Shown here: piece after piece, positions 12,208-21,912 of the stretch | Position numbering within the stretch: position 1 is the first letter of the stretch | Layout of the letters: each line of letters opens with the position of its first letter | The notes under the pieces: model-generated | Told to the model about the DNA's origin: nothing | What the model saw: only the letters and a program-made list of their open reading frames with translations | Database searches by the model: none | Assembly (NCBI GenBank): GCA_902563095.1 | Contig: CACEWA010000003.1 | Coordinates: forward strand, 1,372-65,371 | Length of the DNA stretch: 64,000 nt | Origin: an uncultured Candidatus Poseidoniales archaeon | GTDB taxonomy: Archaea > Thermoplasmatota > Poseidoniia > Poseidoniales > Poseidoniaceae | Direction of reading: 5' to 3' | Program-made: the position numbers and the translations under genes

Positions 12208-15200
12208 TGAACTTGAATGATTGATTATAACAATCTAAATTTGTTATTTTTACAGTCTTTCCAGTTTTACTAATATTACTTGTATTCAATCTGTAACTCG
12301 AAGAATTTCGGTCTAACAAGTACTTGATCAAATTGACAAACAATTCTCTTCTGACAACATCATATTCCTTGGAAATACTAAATATTGATGATTTAGTAAC
12401 CGATGGCTGTAATCCTAAATTCAGACCGGCTAATACATCGCTAGATTTCATAATTTGATTCATAAAATCGGTTAGTTCCGATAATTTCGATTTATTCTCG
12501 TCAACTATTTGTTTGAATGAAATTGAGATTTCTTTACCATTTTCATCTACCAAATATTGCTTGTTCCTAACAACTTTACCAGAATTAATTCGTTCTTCTA
12601 TCCATTCCGAAATCACTTCTGAAGCATCTTCTATGACTCCTGAAAATGATTGATATGCACGACTTCCTGGACTGCTTCGCCACATTTCGAAACATAATTC
12701 CCAATCAACATAATTGAACGGGTGATTTGCTTTGAGGTTCCTTTGCTGACTGTAGATTATTCGCATTGGATGTATCCATCGCAATTTCTTATTCAAATCA
12801 ATTCTAACTCCTGTAAATCGCATGATGTTATGACCAACTGATTGAAGATAATCTTGCTTTTCTTCAGGGTGTAGTATTGAGGTTTCAAGTATGTTTTCTC
12901 TGAATTTTGAACTTGTGATTTTACCTTGTAATGAACGATACATACCATCAATTCTATTGTAAATTTGTTCAAGAGATTCGTCATAGTTAACTCTCATTAA
13001 ATTGTGAGTCATTTGTCCAAACTTGTATTGAGCATCTTGCCATTTTTGATTAAATTGGGATTTGGTAATAGGCTTAGATTGAGTACGTTTTCTTGTCTTT
13101 CGTACAGGTTTTGATTCTCCTTCAGAATCTTGTTGATCCTTCTTCAATAAGTGTAGCATCCATTCCCATCCATGCCAAATTTGCTTTGTGAAAAATCTTG
13201 GCCTCTCAACCCACTTAGTTGTCTTATCCATTTGTTTTCGTTCTCTTAATGATAAGAAATATCTCAAATCTTCAGCATAATTCTTGAAAAACTTTACATT
13301 AGTATTTGAATTTAGATATGTCTTGATTATAATCTGGGTTAAGGCGTCTTTGTTTGCTGTATGGAATATTGGAATTCCATTATTGTGTGTGATCTTCATC
13401 TTTGTGGATTCATTACAACCCTCATCAGTTAATGCAACGAATTCAATCAATAACAATCTAGATAGGAACTTTTCAGGAGGAGAAGTGGTTTGTGCCACGA
13501 AAATAGCATCATCTGCTTCACCAAATTGTTGTAAAATACTTCCAAGTAAATGTCTGAATATAGGTTGCTGCAGATGATACTTCGCCCATTTGCCTTCTTC
13601 ATTATTCCCTAATTGAGGTGCTTCTCTAGAGAAGTATTTTTCAAATTGTTGACTTAGTGTACGGATAATTGAGCTCTGGCGCCTGTTAGTCAGAACCTCT
13701 TTGAATCCGGAATTCATCAAATGATTCAAGTGAATCATAGAGCCCAATACTGACTTACCATCAGCAATTGCGAGTTGGCTATTTTTATTCTTGAAATCTG
13801 GCTTATCTAGCCAATATCTGCTAAGTACACCCATGTGTTTTGCGAGTGATTCTTTTGATTCACTAAGTAATGGCCCATATTTATTGAATATTGATTTTTG
13901 ACTCTCTTCGAAAGATTGTCCGTTAGCAATATTTTCTCTAAATGATAATTCGAGTATATCGTGCAATATCCTTAGGCTAGTAGCATCATATTTCCTTTCA
14001 GAACCAAGATCCTTTAATTGTAGGGCATCATATATTGAAAGATACACTTCATCTGTTACTGTAAACTCTCTATTCTTGTTATGTAAAGTTGGAATAACAT
14101 CATTCAAAATTCTCCATGCTGTTTCACGCATTGGGTGAATTCTGTCAGGATTATTTCTGTTAGATTCAATATAGTCTTTCCATTGTTTTCGGGTTGGTTG
14201 ACCAATACCAATGGTGTCTCCACGAATATTTTTAGGTTGATAAAATTTGAAAGTTTGAGTTATCCATTCAACAAAGATTTTGATCTTCTTATCCTGAATT
14301 ATTCTTGTATCGAAATCGCCATCGTTTACTAGTTGGAGTATTGCTTTCCAAATTAAATTGCTTTCTTGTACCCAGTCGTTCTGAGGCACGAGTCCTAATT
14401 TGGCTGCGGTAAGGTGTTCATCAAATTTCATTCTTTCGAACAAATGCCTCAAAATGACATCTCTATAATCATTAGAATCTATAGGATTCACATAACTGAA
14501 GTTGTTATGTGGTGAGTTAGGGTGAGAATGGAAGTCTATGATGCTTGAATCTTTAATTTTTAGAGAAAAATCTTCTAATATCCCACTTCTCATGCTAATG
14601 TGGTCTTGAATGAAGCGTTCAAAGTCATAACCGTCAATCAAAGTTGTATCAATTCCAAACAATCTACGCATCATAAATTTGTGTAGATCCTGATATTCTT
14701 GAGATTCTAAGGATTCATGCATTATTTTCCGTAACATTGACTCCAATTCCGACAAGATATAGTAGGCCACATGTGGGTCATAATACAAATTACCAGCAGC
14801 ATTTGGGATGCCAGAACATATTGCATTAGCCAATTGATTTTCTTTATCTTTAGGTTGAGTCGTGAACAAATCTTCTCTTCCAAGATCAGATCTCAACAAT
14901 TTGAAAATTTCAATATTATCACGATAATTCAATCCTGCAGCATAAGCAACAGAACTTCTAGGTGCGTTACTATCATCTTTGATGTTATGCCACAGATTGT
15001 CCCAAGCTATTCTTTCATTATCTGCCTGAGAACCGTCATCATTCAGACTAGATATTGCCAAAGTATTAGCAATCAAATTACTAATATCAGAGGTAGTTGA
15101 TGAAACAGTCAATGCATCAATAATTGATACTTGAGAAGTATCAGTAATCTCTACTTTGTCATAAGGAATTTCAGGTGAACCGAAGGAAACCATTTGTTGT

Positions 15201-18200
15201 TTGTCTTCAGATTGTTGGTATAACTGGACGCTTTTCCCAAATTTGATTGGACTGAATACCAAAATCCGTTTTTCGGGACGTGAAAACAACACATTCATCC
15301 GGGTTTTCATATTCAAAAATAACTTGTGGAAATTTTCATATCTGGCGTAAGATGGATCTTCTGTTTTGCCTGATTTCCAAGCTACAGCTTGCTTTTGTAT
15401 TCTATTGTGTAAGGACTCTTGATCATCACTGATATTGCCCTTTATTATAGCCCTGGCTTCATCTAGAGGCAACATGTAAGGCATCAAAATAATCACAGAA
15501 TTAAATTCTAAACCTTTAATCGATTCAGCATCATATGATAACACACTCTTCATTTTGAGTTCATCTATCTCATCTTTAGTCAACTCAAAAGGTGTAATCA
15601 ATGCAACATTTTGGCCCACTAATTTTTCACTGATTTCAGATAGCTCCTTTAGCCATCCTTCATATTCTGAATTTGATGTTGCTTCATATACAACAATCAT
15701 ACTATCTTCATCTTTGGTTCTCGAATCAGGCGTAACTACCAGTTCACTATCAGGATAGTCATGTTCCCTTCCATAAATATCTTCCACGCCAAAGTTTGAA
15801 CCATATTTTTTGCGCATAAAATTGTTAAATTCTATCAAGCGTTTTCCATTTCTCCAAACCCATGTCAAAGTAGTGATATATCTTCTTTCTTCATCGGAAT
15901 CAGTTACTCCGAAATCAGAAAGTGCAGATTTTCTAGGATGTTTAGAAGATGAAAGGGACAATTGGGTCTTATGAGAAAAATCAATCCAATCAAAATTACT
16001 ACGATTTACAGTTTGAATAACGTCCCCTGCGATCATTATTGAATGAGGCTGAAAATTCTCATCCATTAGTTCCAACAATAATGCCATCACAGGAGGACTG
16101 ATGTCCTGTACCTCATCGACAATTAGAACATCTATTTCGAAATCTTTCTTCTTATTTCTTGGCAGGGATTCTAATTTTTTGCGACCTAGGTGTGATGCAT
16201 AAGAATAGGTATACCAACTCTTTGCTAACTCTTCTTTATGGAAATTCAAGAATGCTTTGAGTGCAACTCCTTTTAGAGTGAAAAATCCATCGTATATACT
16301 TTCGAATTTCGCTTCATCCATTCCCTCTACTCTATTTCCTGATACTGGATCATGAATGACCTCATTGTAAATCTGCCAAGCATCTGAAATTGGCGGGCAA
16401 CTGAAGTTACCGCTATTCTTGACTTTTGTTCTAGAATAATATTCTCTTATTTTGTTCTTGAAAACAGAGAACGTTAACAAACCGATGTGTGGACCTATTT
16501 CATTCCATTTCTTGTCGAGTTTGATTTTAGGATTCAAATCTCTTAACAGTCTACTTATTGGAATTGAAAGCTCCGAAAGGTCCTTATTATTATTATTGGC
16601 TAGATTAATTGCAAAGTCTGGCTCGTCTGTAGAGAATTGTTTAATCACTCTACTGAAATGTTTTGCGAGGTGAGTATTTACCGTGTAATATCTCCACCTA
16701 ACTCGTTGATTGGCCTTTGTTCTTCTAGCTAAAATTTCTTGCAAATAGTCCTTGCAGAACCAAGTCTTACCTGTACCTGGTGCTCCATTGACTAACAAAG
16801 AGCGTTTACCATCGCTACTGAAGAATTTTTTCAGCGCCTCCTGCTTTTCTGAGTCTTGATTTTCTTTCTTTTTCAAAACCTCAAAATGAATCCCTTTGTC
16901 GCTTCGATAACTTGTCCATTTCTTCCACTCAGGACCCAATGGTGAAGGAGGCGCACAATCTGGATGATATGATAATGAATAACCCATCCAATGTCCTAGT
17001 AAATTCATCGTTGATTCAACCATACTCAAATTTCCATCAATAAAATCTGCAATAGAATTGGTGCTTCTAAGTAAAATGGAAGAGAAGTTTTTCAGTTGAT
17101 CAAGTTCATCATCATCGGCTGAATTGATTACTGCTTCTTCAAACAATAATTGGTGGTGGAAATCCACCCAAATACCATTCTTTGTTAACAAACCTCTAGA
17201 TTTGCAAATTTTGTAGAAATCGCTAATTCTTGCCGAATTAACTCCTAATTTCTTTTTGAATTGGTTGTTAAGATCATCCACCCTAATTCTAACTCTGCTG
17301 GAATTGTTTTGTAGACTTAGTGCATTCATTTTTGCAATTTCTTCTAAAATTTGTTTGAATTGATCAGCCGTCCCTTCATCTATGCCATAAGCTTCTGTAA
17401 GCCGGTTTTTGATATTATCAAATATCCAAAAATACAGGTATTCTGTGGGTAGTTTATCAGCAAATTGCCACCAATGTTTGCCATCTATGTTAGAAGTAGT
17501 ATAGTCTCTGAATTGTGCGCCTAATTTTTTGAATAAATTAGCATCTAACTTCAAACTTTGAGATGTGTAATCAGCCCATCTATCCGCAAATATAGGCATG
17601 TATTGTTGGAAATGCACAGACCATTGGTTCCAGGCATTTTCAATATTGAAGTCTGAAATATCCGAACAATCGATATCCAATAAATTCAATTCGGGGAATG
17701 GACTTAAGTTATCTTTTGACAACAAAGGTAAATCACAATATTCGATTTTGTTTTGATACTTATCATCTATTTTTTCTTTGAAATATTTCCATTCAAAGGG
17801 CCTACATGTCCAAATCAAAACAACCTTATTGAGAATTGCAGATTCCAAGAATTCAGACCATATGCTTGCAATATCAACCTGATTCTCAGAGTCGACGTTA
17901 TACAACATCAAAATGTCAAGAGTATCGATCATAATTACTGGTGTTCGATTTAGATCTTTAGAATGTGAGCAAAATGTTTCGAGCGAATCTAAAATATCGC
18001 TACGGAAAACGTTGATGTCAACACAACCAGAGATGATTCCTTTCCAAATTAAGGTAGAATCTAGTTCATCTTGAGATAATTCAGAATTTTGGAATTCTGA
18101 ATATAATGGGAAAATATCATCCGTCAAAGATTCATCTTCTTGCAAATTTCTCGCGATTCTATTGAACTCTGTAGTTTTCCCTGCAGATGGATGGCCCAGT

Positions 18201-18358
18201 ATAGTTAGCAAACCTCCATTATTCCTGTTCTCTAAAATGAAGGATTTTACTTGCGACACTATATCCATTCCATTTGGTAACAAATCACGTTCTAAAAGAT
18301 CGGACCTACGACCTAGCCTCTTCAAAGAGGAGAATGATGATTGAGGAGTGAATGTCAT
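12185..18358 (-). CDS. Giant (2057 aa) multidomain NTPase: N-terminal P-loop ATPase, central UvrD-like SF1 helicase, about 1000-aa uncharacterised C-terminal region
   Basis: First Walker A is GHPSAGKTTE, with hhhhD at PVIMIDTLD. Second Walker A is NGAPGTGKTW. UvrD-type motifs follow: LIVDEVQD, IAGDVIQTV, WRNGKRLIEF, KGLEFNSVIIL, VLFSRPEKRILVF. ATGA overlap with the upstream gene at 18355..18358. Confidence 0.8.
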   Translation of the reverse strand: MTFTPQSSFSSLKRLGRRSDLLERDLLPNGMDIVSQVKSFILENRNNGGLLTILGHPSAGKTTEFNRIARNLQEDESLTDDIFPLYSEFQNSELSQDELDSTLIWKGIISGCVDINVFRSDILDSLETFCSHSKDLNRTPVIMIDTLDILMLYNVDSENQVDIASIWSEFLESAILNKVVLIWTCRPFEWKYFKEKIDDKYQNKIEYCDLPLLSKDNLSPFPELNLLDIDCSDISDFNIENAWNQWSVHFQQYMPIFADRWADYTSQSLKLDANLFKKLGAQFRDYTTSNIDGKHWWQFADKLPTEYLYFWIFDNIKNRLTEAYGIDEGTADQFKQILEEIAKMNALSLQNNSSRVRIRVDDLNNQFKKKLGVNSARISDFYKICKSRGLLTKNGIWVDFHHQLLFEEAVINSADDDELDQLKNFSSILLRSTNSIADFIDGNLSMVESTMNLLGHWMGYSLSYHPDCAPPSPLGPEWKKWTSYRSDKGIHFEVLKKKENQDSEKQEALKKFFSSDGKRSLLVNGAPGTGKTWFCKDYLQEILARRTKANQRVRWRYYTVNTHLAKHFSRVIKQFSTDEPDFAINLANNNNKDLSELSIPISRLLRDLNPKIKLDKKWNEIGPHIGLLTFSVFKNKIREYYSRTKVKNSGNFSCPPISDAWQIYNEVIHDPVSGNRVEGMDEAKFESIYDGFFTLKGVALKAFLNFHKEELAKSWYTYSYASHLGRKKLESLPRNKKKDFEIDVLIVDEVQDISPPVMALLLELMDENFQPHSIMIAGDVIQTVNRSNFDWIDFSHKTQLSLSSSKHPRKSALSDFGVTDSDEERRYITTLTWVWRNGKRLIEFNNFMRKKYGSNFGVEDIYGREHDYPDSELVVTPDSRTKDEDSMIVVYEATSNSEYEGWLKELSEISEKLVGQNVALITPFELTKDEIDELKMKSVLSYDAESIKGLEFNSVIILMPYMLPLDEARAIIKGNISDDQESLHNRIQKQAVAWKSGKTEDPSYARYENFHKLFLNMKTRMNVLFSRPEKRILVFSPIKFGKSVQLYQQSEDKQQMVSFGSPEIPYDKVEITDTSQVSIIDALTVSSTTSDISNLIANTLAISSLNDDGSQADNERIAWDNLWHNIKDDSNAPRSSVAYAAGLNYRDNIEIFKLLRSDLGREDLFTTQPKDKENQLANAICSGIPNAAGNLYYDPHVAYYILSELESMLRKIMHESLESQEYQDLHKFMMRRLFGIDTTLIDGYDFERFIQDHISMRSGILEDFSLKIKDSSIIDFHSHPNSPHNNFSYVNPIDSNDYRDVILRHLFERMKFDEHLTAAKLGLVPQNDWVQESNLIWKAILQLVNDGDFDTRIIQDKKIKIFVEWITQTFKFYQPKNIRGDTIGIGQPTRKQWKDYIESNRNNPDRIHPMRETAWRILNDVIPTLHNKNREFTVTDEVYLSIYDALQLKDLGSERKYDATSLRILHDILELSFRENIANGQSFEESQKSIFNKYGPLLSESKESLAKHMGVLSRYWLDKPDFKNKNSQLAIADGKSVLGSMIHLNHLMNSGFKEVLTNRRQSSIIRTLSQQFEKYFSREAPQLGNNEEGKWAKYHLQQPIFRHLLGSILQQFGEADDAIFVAQTTSPPEKFLSRLLLIEFVALTDEGCNESTKMKITHNNGIPIFHTANKDALTQIIIKTYLNSNTNVKFFKNYAEDLRYFLSLRERKQMDKTTKWVERPRFFTKQIWHGWEWMLHLLKKDQQDSEGESKPVRKTRKRTQSKPITKSQFNQKWQDAQYKFGQMTHNLMRVNYDESLEQIYNRIDGMYRSLQGKITSSKFRENILETSILHPEEKQDYLQSVGHNIMRFTGVRIDLNKKLRWIHPMRIIYSQQRNLKANHPFNYVDWELCFEMWRSSPGSRAYQSFSGVIEDASEVISEWIEERINSGKVVRNKQYLVDENGKEISISFKQIVDENKSKLSELTDFMNQIMKSSDVLAGLNLGLQPSVTKSSIFSISKEYDVVRRELFVNLIKYLLDRNSSSYRLNTSNISKTGKTVKITNLDCYNQSFKFITGGQEA

Positions 18359-20049
18359 TTAACTAGACCTCCTTCGCTTGAAAATTTATCAAATTCGGAA
18401 ATGATTAGATTGTCAATTATTTTATTACGAATCGTCGAAGATGATGAGAGAGCTAATCTTGCAAAGGTATCATCGTCAATTGACGTGGTTTTTGTCTCAT
18501 ACTGGTGCAGGTCTGTGAGCAGGAAGAGATTCCTCAAGAAGTCCCAATTTCTTTGATTGGGGGCGAAGTTACGCGACAGTGTTTGGGAATCGTTTAACGC
18601 GTCAAAAATCGTATTATTTGCAAAATGTTTCAATTTTTTATTGGAACCTTTGCCCCCGTAGATGATTCTGTCAACTTTGTCTGACTGTTTTTGTGGTTTG
18701 CTGATGAAAAATTTGTTAATCCTATCAGGACTAATTTCAACATCATTTGCCCAGCGTTCTAATTTCATAGCGAAGGTTTCTCCTTCTTCAACATCGTAAT
18801 CTGGCTTACCAAACTTTTCATGCATTCCGATCAATGCTGCGACCGAATCCTCGAGAGATTTGTTTAATTCTACATCTGAGATTAATTCTTCAATATTCTT
18901 AATCAACCATTTTTCTCTACTATTTCGAGGATTTGGTGCCACAAATTGGGATGGTAATACTTCAGATCGAAGAATTTCCAAACTATCACAATGACTAACA
19001 ATAGTTTCTTGATATCTATCATATGGGAAATAATCTCCACAGGTCGTTAAATTACATGATTCAAGAATGGCTTCATCAGGTGATGTACCTACAGTTTCTA
19101 ATTCTATGAAATTTTGATACATTATTCTTCTACAGTCGTTAAAGATATTTTTCTTACCGCCTAAATTAGTATCTGGATAGAACATATTCATTATTGCATG
19201 TAGAAAGTAATCTTTCTGTTGATGTGGTTGAAGTTTTTTTGTTGCACAAAACCAAGATGATGCAATGTTTTGAGCTGATTCGGCACCAAATCCTGGAAGT
19301 TGTTGTGAAATAGAATACGAAAAATTGTAAATCAATGGTAATGTATGATTGTAATGTGAACATAGGTCTCTCAAAGCAGGTAGTATCTCTTTCGCCAAAC
19401 TCTCATTGCCATTGGAATCGAGAATTAAAACACAAAAGTACTCTTCCCATGACTCATTATCTTCCGTAGGAGACAGATGTCCCACATCTGAAATCTCTAG
19501 CAAATCGAATGTGATTGCTTGTCTTGCAAACGCAGGGGCAATCGAAGAATCCTGTAATGCTTCAGAACCAATCATCCCAAGTAGTTGCTTTTCCATAGAA
19601 ATGTTTGCATTAACACCCATAATTTCTTCATATTTCTCAAGACTTTCTGCACCGACAAATAGAACTAAAATCTTCTTAGATGATGAATCTAAATCGTCAG
19701 AATTCTTCCTTAACTTTTCAGAATAATCGAAATGAGATAATACGCTTGAATTATTGAAATGGTTCTCTGTCCAAGGTTTACGATGAACCTTAATCTCTTC
19801 TGGAATAATTGGCCTAGACAATTCTTGTCTTGCCTTAGATATGTCATCTGCACTAGAATCCCGACCACTATTTAGGACGGACCGCACATACGACATGGAA
19901 AAATTCACCTCGCTGTCATTGATTAACATATCTACAGCACATAACATATTTTTACAGAGATTAGAAATATGTAATTTTTTACTGAAATTAATCATAACCC
20001 GAAGGACTTGGTACCACAGGAGTTTGGTTGTCAAACTTCTGGAACTCAT
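18355..20049 (-). CDS. Hypothetical 564-aa protein, translationally coupled to the giant helicase
   Basis: Long ORF with no recognisable motif. Its stop overlaps the downstream start (ATGA). An alternative ATG start at 19995 would reduce the overlap with the upstream gene to 8 nt. Confidence 0.6.
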   Translation of the reverse strand: MSSRSLTTKLLWYQVLRVMINFSKKLHISNLCKNMLCAVDMLINDSEVNFSMSYVRSVLNSGRDSSADDISKARQELSRPIIPEEIKVHRKPWTENHFNNSSVLSHFDYSEKLRKNSDDLDSSSKKILVLFVGAESLEKYEEIMGVNANISMEKQLLGMIGSEALQDSSIAPAFARQAITFDLLEISDVGHLSPTEDNESWEEYFCVLILDSNGNESLAKEILPALRDLCSHYNHTLPLIYNFSYSISQQLPGFGAESAQNIASSWFCATKKLQPHQQKDYFLHAIMNMFYPDTNLGGKKNIFNDCRRIMYQNFIELETVGTSPDEAILESCNLTTCGDYFPYDRYQETIVSHCDSLEILRSEVLPSQFVAPNPRNSREKWLIKNIEELISDVELNKSLEDSVAALIGMHEKFGKPDYDVEEGETFAMKLERWANDVEISPDRINKFFISKPQKQSDKVDRIIYGGKGSNKKLKHFANNTIFDALNDSQTLSRNFAPNQRNWDFLRNLFLLTDLHQYETKTTSIDDDTFARLALSSSSTIRNKIIDNLIISEFDKFSSEGGLVK

Positions 20050-21904
20050 TTTCTAACTTTTCAATAATTAGCTTAGTTCTTTGTGCCAAGAAACTCTTCA
20101 ACTGCCCAGGCTGCATATTTACATCAATCGCATTTATACTCGAATCCGAAGTTTCTCTCTTTATCATCTGGAGACGTTTCTTTAAATCTGTTTGTTGATC
20201 TAATGTATCTTCTATCCAAGACTTGGGATGGCCTCCTTGTGCCTTTGCTCCTGGTATCAATACATAATTACCAATCTGATCTAGTAAACTGAAAGAAATC
20301 CTTCCAAAAGATGCTTCTCGTCGAGATTTAGGAATTATTCTAACTACATTCATCCTGTGTGACGTTAACCTAGGATCATCTTTGGCACGACCCTCGTCAA
20401 CAATATGTAAGAGGTATCTGATATGCTTTTCAAAATCCTCCATCTTTAATGGAGTGGATGAAAGTTGTTTAAACCCGTTCTGGTTATTTTTCTTAGCGTG
20501 AGATATCCATCTGTTTTTCTCCTGAAGAAGAAGATTCGCATCCAGTGGGTTGGAATTATTTTGATTGTAAAAATCTTGTTGCCACCAATTCCAAATGTAG
20601 TTTTGCAACTTTGGTAGCCCTTCCTGATAAACCGATGTATTACCTTTAACCGGTACACCCTTTGATATGATGTCTATCGCATAAGACCATTGTAAAATGG
20701 ATACAATATAACTTACCAATTCATTGTAAGTTTGGTGAAAACAATTACGTGATTCCATAATCAGTGGTCGGTGAACTGCTGTCGTCACTAACTCAATTCT
20801 ACCGAGCTTTCTCCATATTTCCGTATTACTATCGACTCTTTTTCCAGCACTGCATCCGACATAATGGTTCCAAGACATAGCGTGGTGCATCAAATCATCA
20901 ACTAAATCATTCAGATCATTGTATTTCTTTGTTCGAGTAACTTGAATTTCAATATCTTTGATGATTCTACTTTTATTTGCGTGAGAACCTGTTCTACCGG
21001 AGACCCATGCAGTCATGATTGAAACAACATCAGATTCTGAGGTTTGCGACATATATATTTCAACACCATTTAACACATTGACCAATCGATCTACTCTTGA
21101 TTCTGAGACTCCCAAAGTAACAGAGGCATGTTTGATACAAAATGCTCTAAACATATCATATGAATTCAAATTAGTTCCTCGATCATTAGCGGTTTGGAAC
21201 ATTTGGAACCCCATTGAAAGATCCGTTGTAAGGGTTAGACCAAACAGTATCTTATCTCTCAATGCCATGTAAAAATTAATGAGATCATCAACCCCATAAT
21301 CATGAATGAACTTTTTAACAAGTTGAGTATATGACATAGCCACCTTTACGATTTTTGTTTCGGGCTTTCCCTTGTTTTCTATCCATTCTTTCTTTATTGA
21401 TTCGTCGCTAGAAGATTCTTCAATGAGCCACTTCAAAAAGTCTCGCGAATCTGCTCTTCTGGGTTTCAGACTTGCTAACCAATCATTGCTTACTAAATCC
21501 TCTTCTACAAAGAGAAATTTGTTTTCAATTTCACTACATACCTCAATAGAAATCTGAGTATCATAGTTTCTCAATTCCAATAGAATTGCATTCAATAATA
21601 CTGTCAGTGAGGTGATTCTTTGTTGACCATCCAATAATTGCCAAATATGTTGTTTGTGGAACAAATCGGTTTTGATTTTATTATCTGAATCGTCATCAAT
21701 TTCTACCCAAGCAATGAGATTCCCCATATAATAATGCGAAGTTGTTCCATTCTTGTAAAATTGAACTAGATCGTCCCATAATTGGCGAGCTGATGCTGTT
21801 GCGCCAGTGATATCCCATGCATAATCTCGCTGAATGGGAGGAATCATTATTCTACGGCCATCTATAACTTTGCCAAAATCTCTTACGTCAGATTGTGTAA
21901 CCAT
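19988..21904 (-). CDS. DUF262 (ParB-like NTPase/nuclease) protein with a divergent DUF1524-like C-terminus; GmrSD-like type IV restriction candidate
   Basis: 638 aa. The N-terminal IPPIQRDYAWD and LLDGQQRITSL are the DUF262 signature. The C-terminal VVRIIPKS...IGNYVLIPGAKAQGG resembles the His-Me finger region of DUF1524, but the usual His is not evident. Confidence 0.7.
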   Translation of the reverse strand: MVTQSDVRDFGKVIDGRRIMIPPIQRDYAWDITGATASARQLWDDLVQFYKNGTTSHYYMGNLIAWVEIDDDSDNKIKTDLFHKQHIWQLLDGQQRITSLTVLLNAILLELRNYDTQISIEVCSEIENKFLFVEEDLVSNDWLASLKPRRADSRDFLKWLIEESSSDESIKKEWIENKGKPETKIVKVAMSYTQLVKKFIHDYGVDDLINFYMALRDKILFGLTLTTDLSMGFQMFQTANDRGTNLNSYDMFRAFCIKHASVTLGVSESRVDRLVNVLNGVEIYMSQTSESDVVSIMTAWVSGRTGSHANKSRIIKDIEIQVTRTKKYNDLNDLVDDLMHHAMSWNHYVGCSAGKRVDSNTEIWRKLGRIELVTTAVHRPLIMESRNCFHQTYNELVSYIVSILQWSYAIDIISKGVPVKGNTSVYQEGLPKLQNYIWNWWQQDFYNQNNSNPLDANLLLQEKNRWISHAKKNNQNGFKQLSSTPLKMEDFEKHIRYLLHIVDEGRAKDDPRLTSHRMNVVRIIPKSRREASFGRISFSLLDQIGNYVLIPGAKAQGGHPKSWIEDTLDQQTDLKKRLQMIKRETSDSSINAIDVNMQPGQLKSFLAQRTKLIIEKLENEFQKFDNQTPVVPSPSGYD

Positions 21905-21912
21905 TTTATCAC

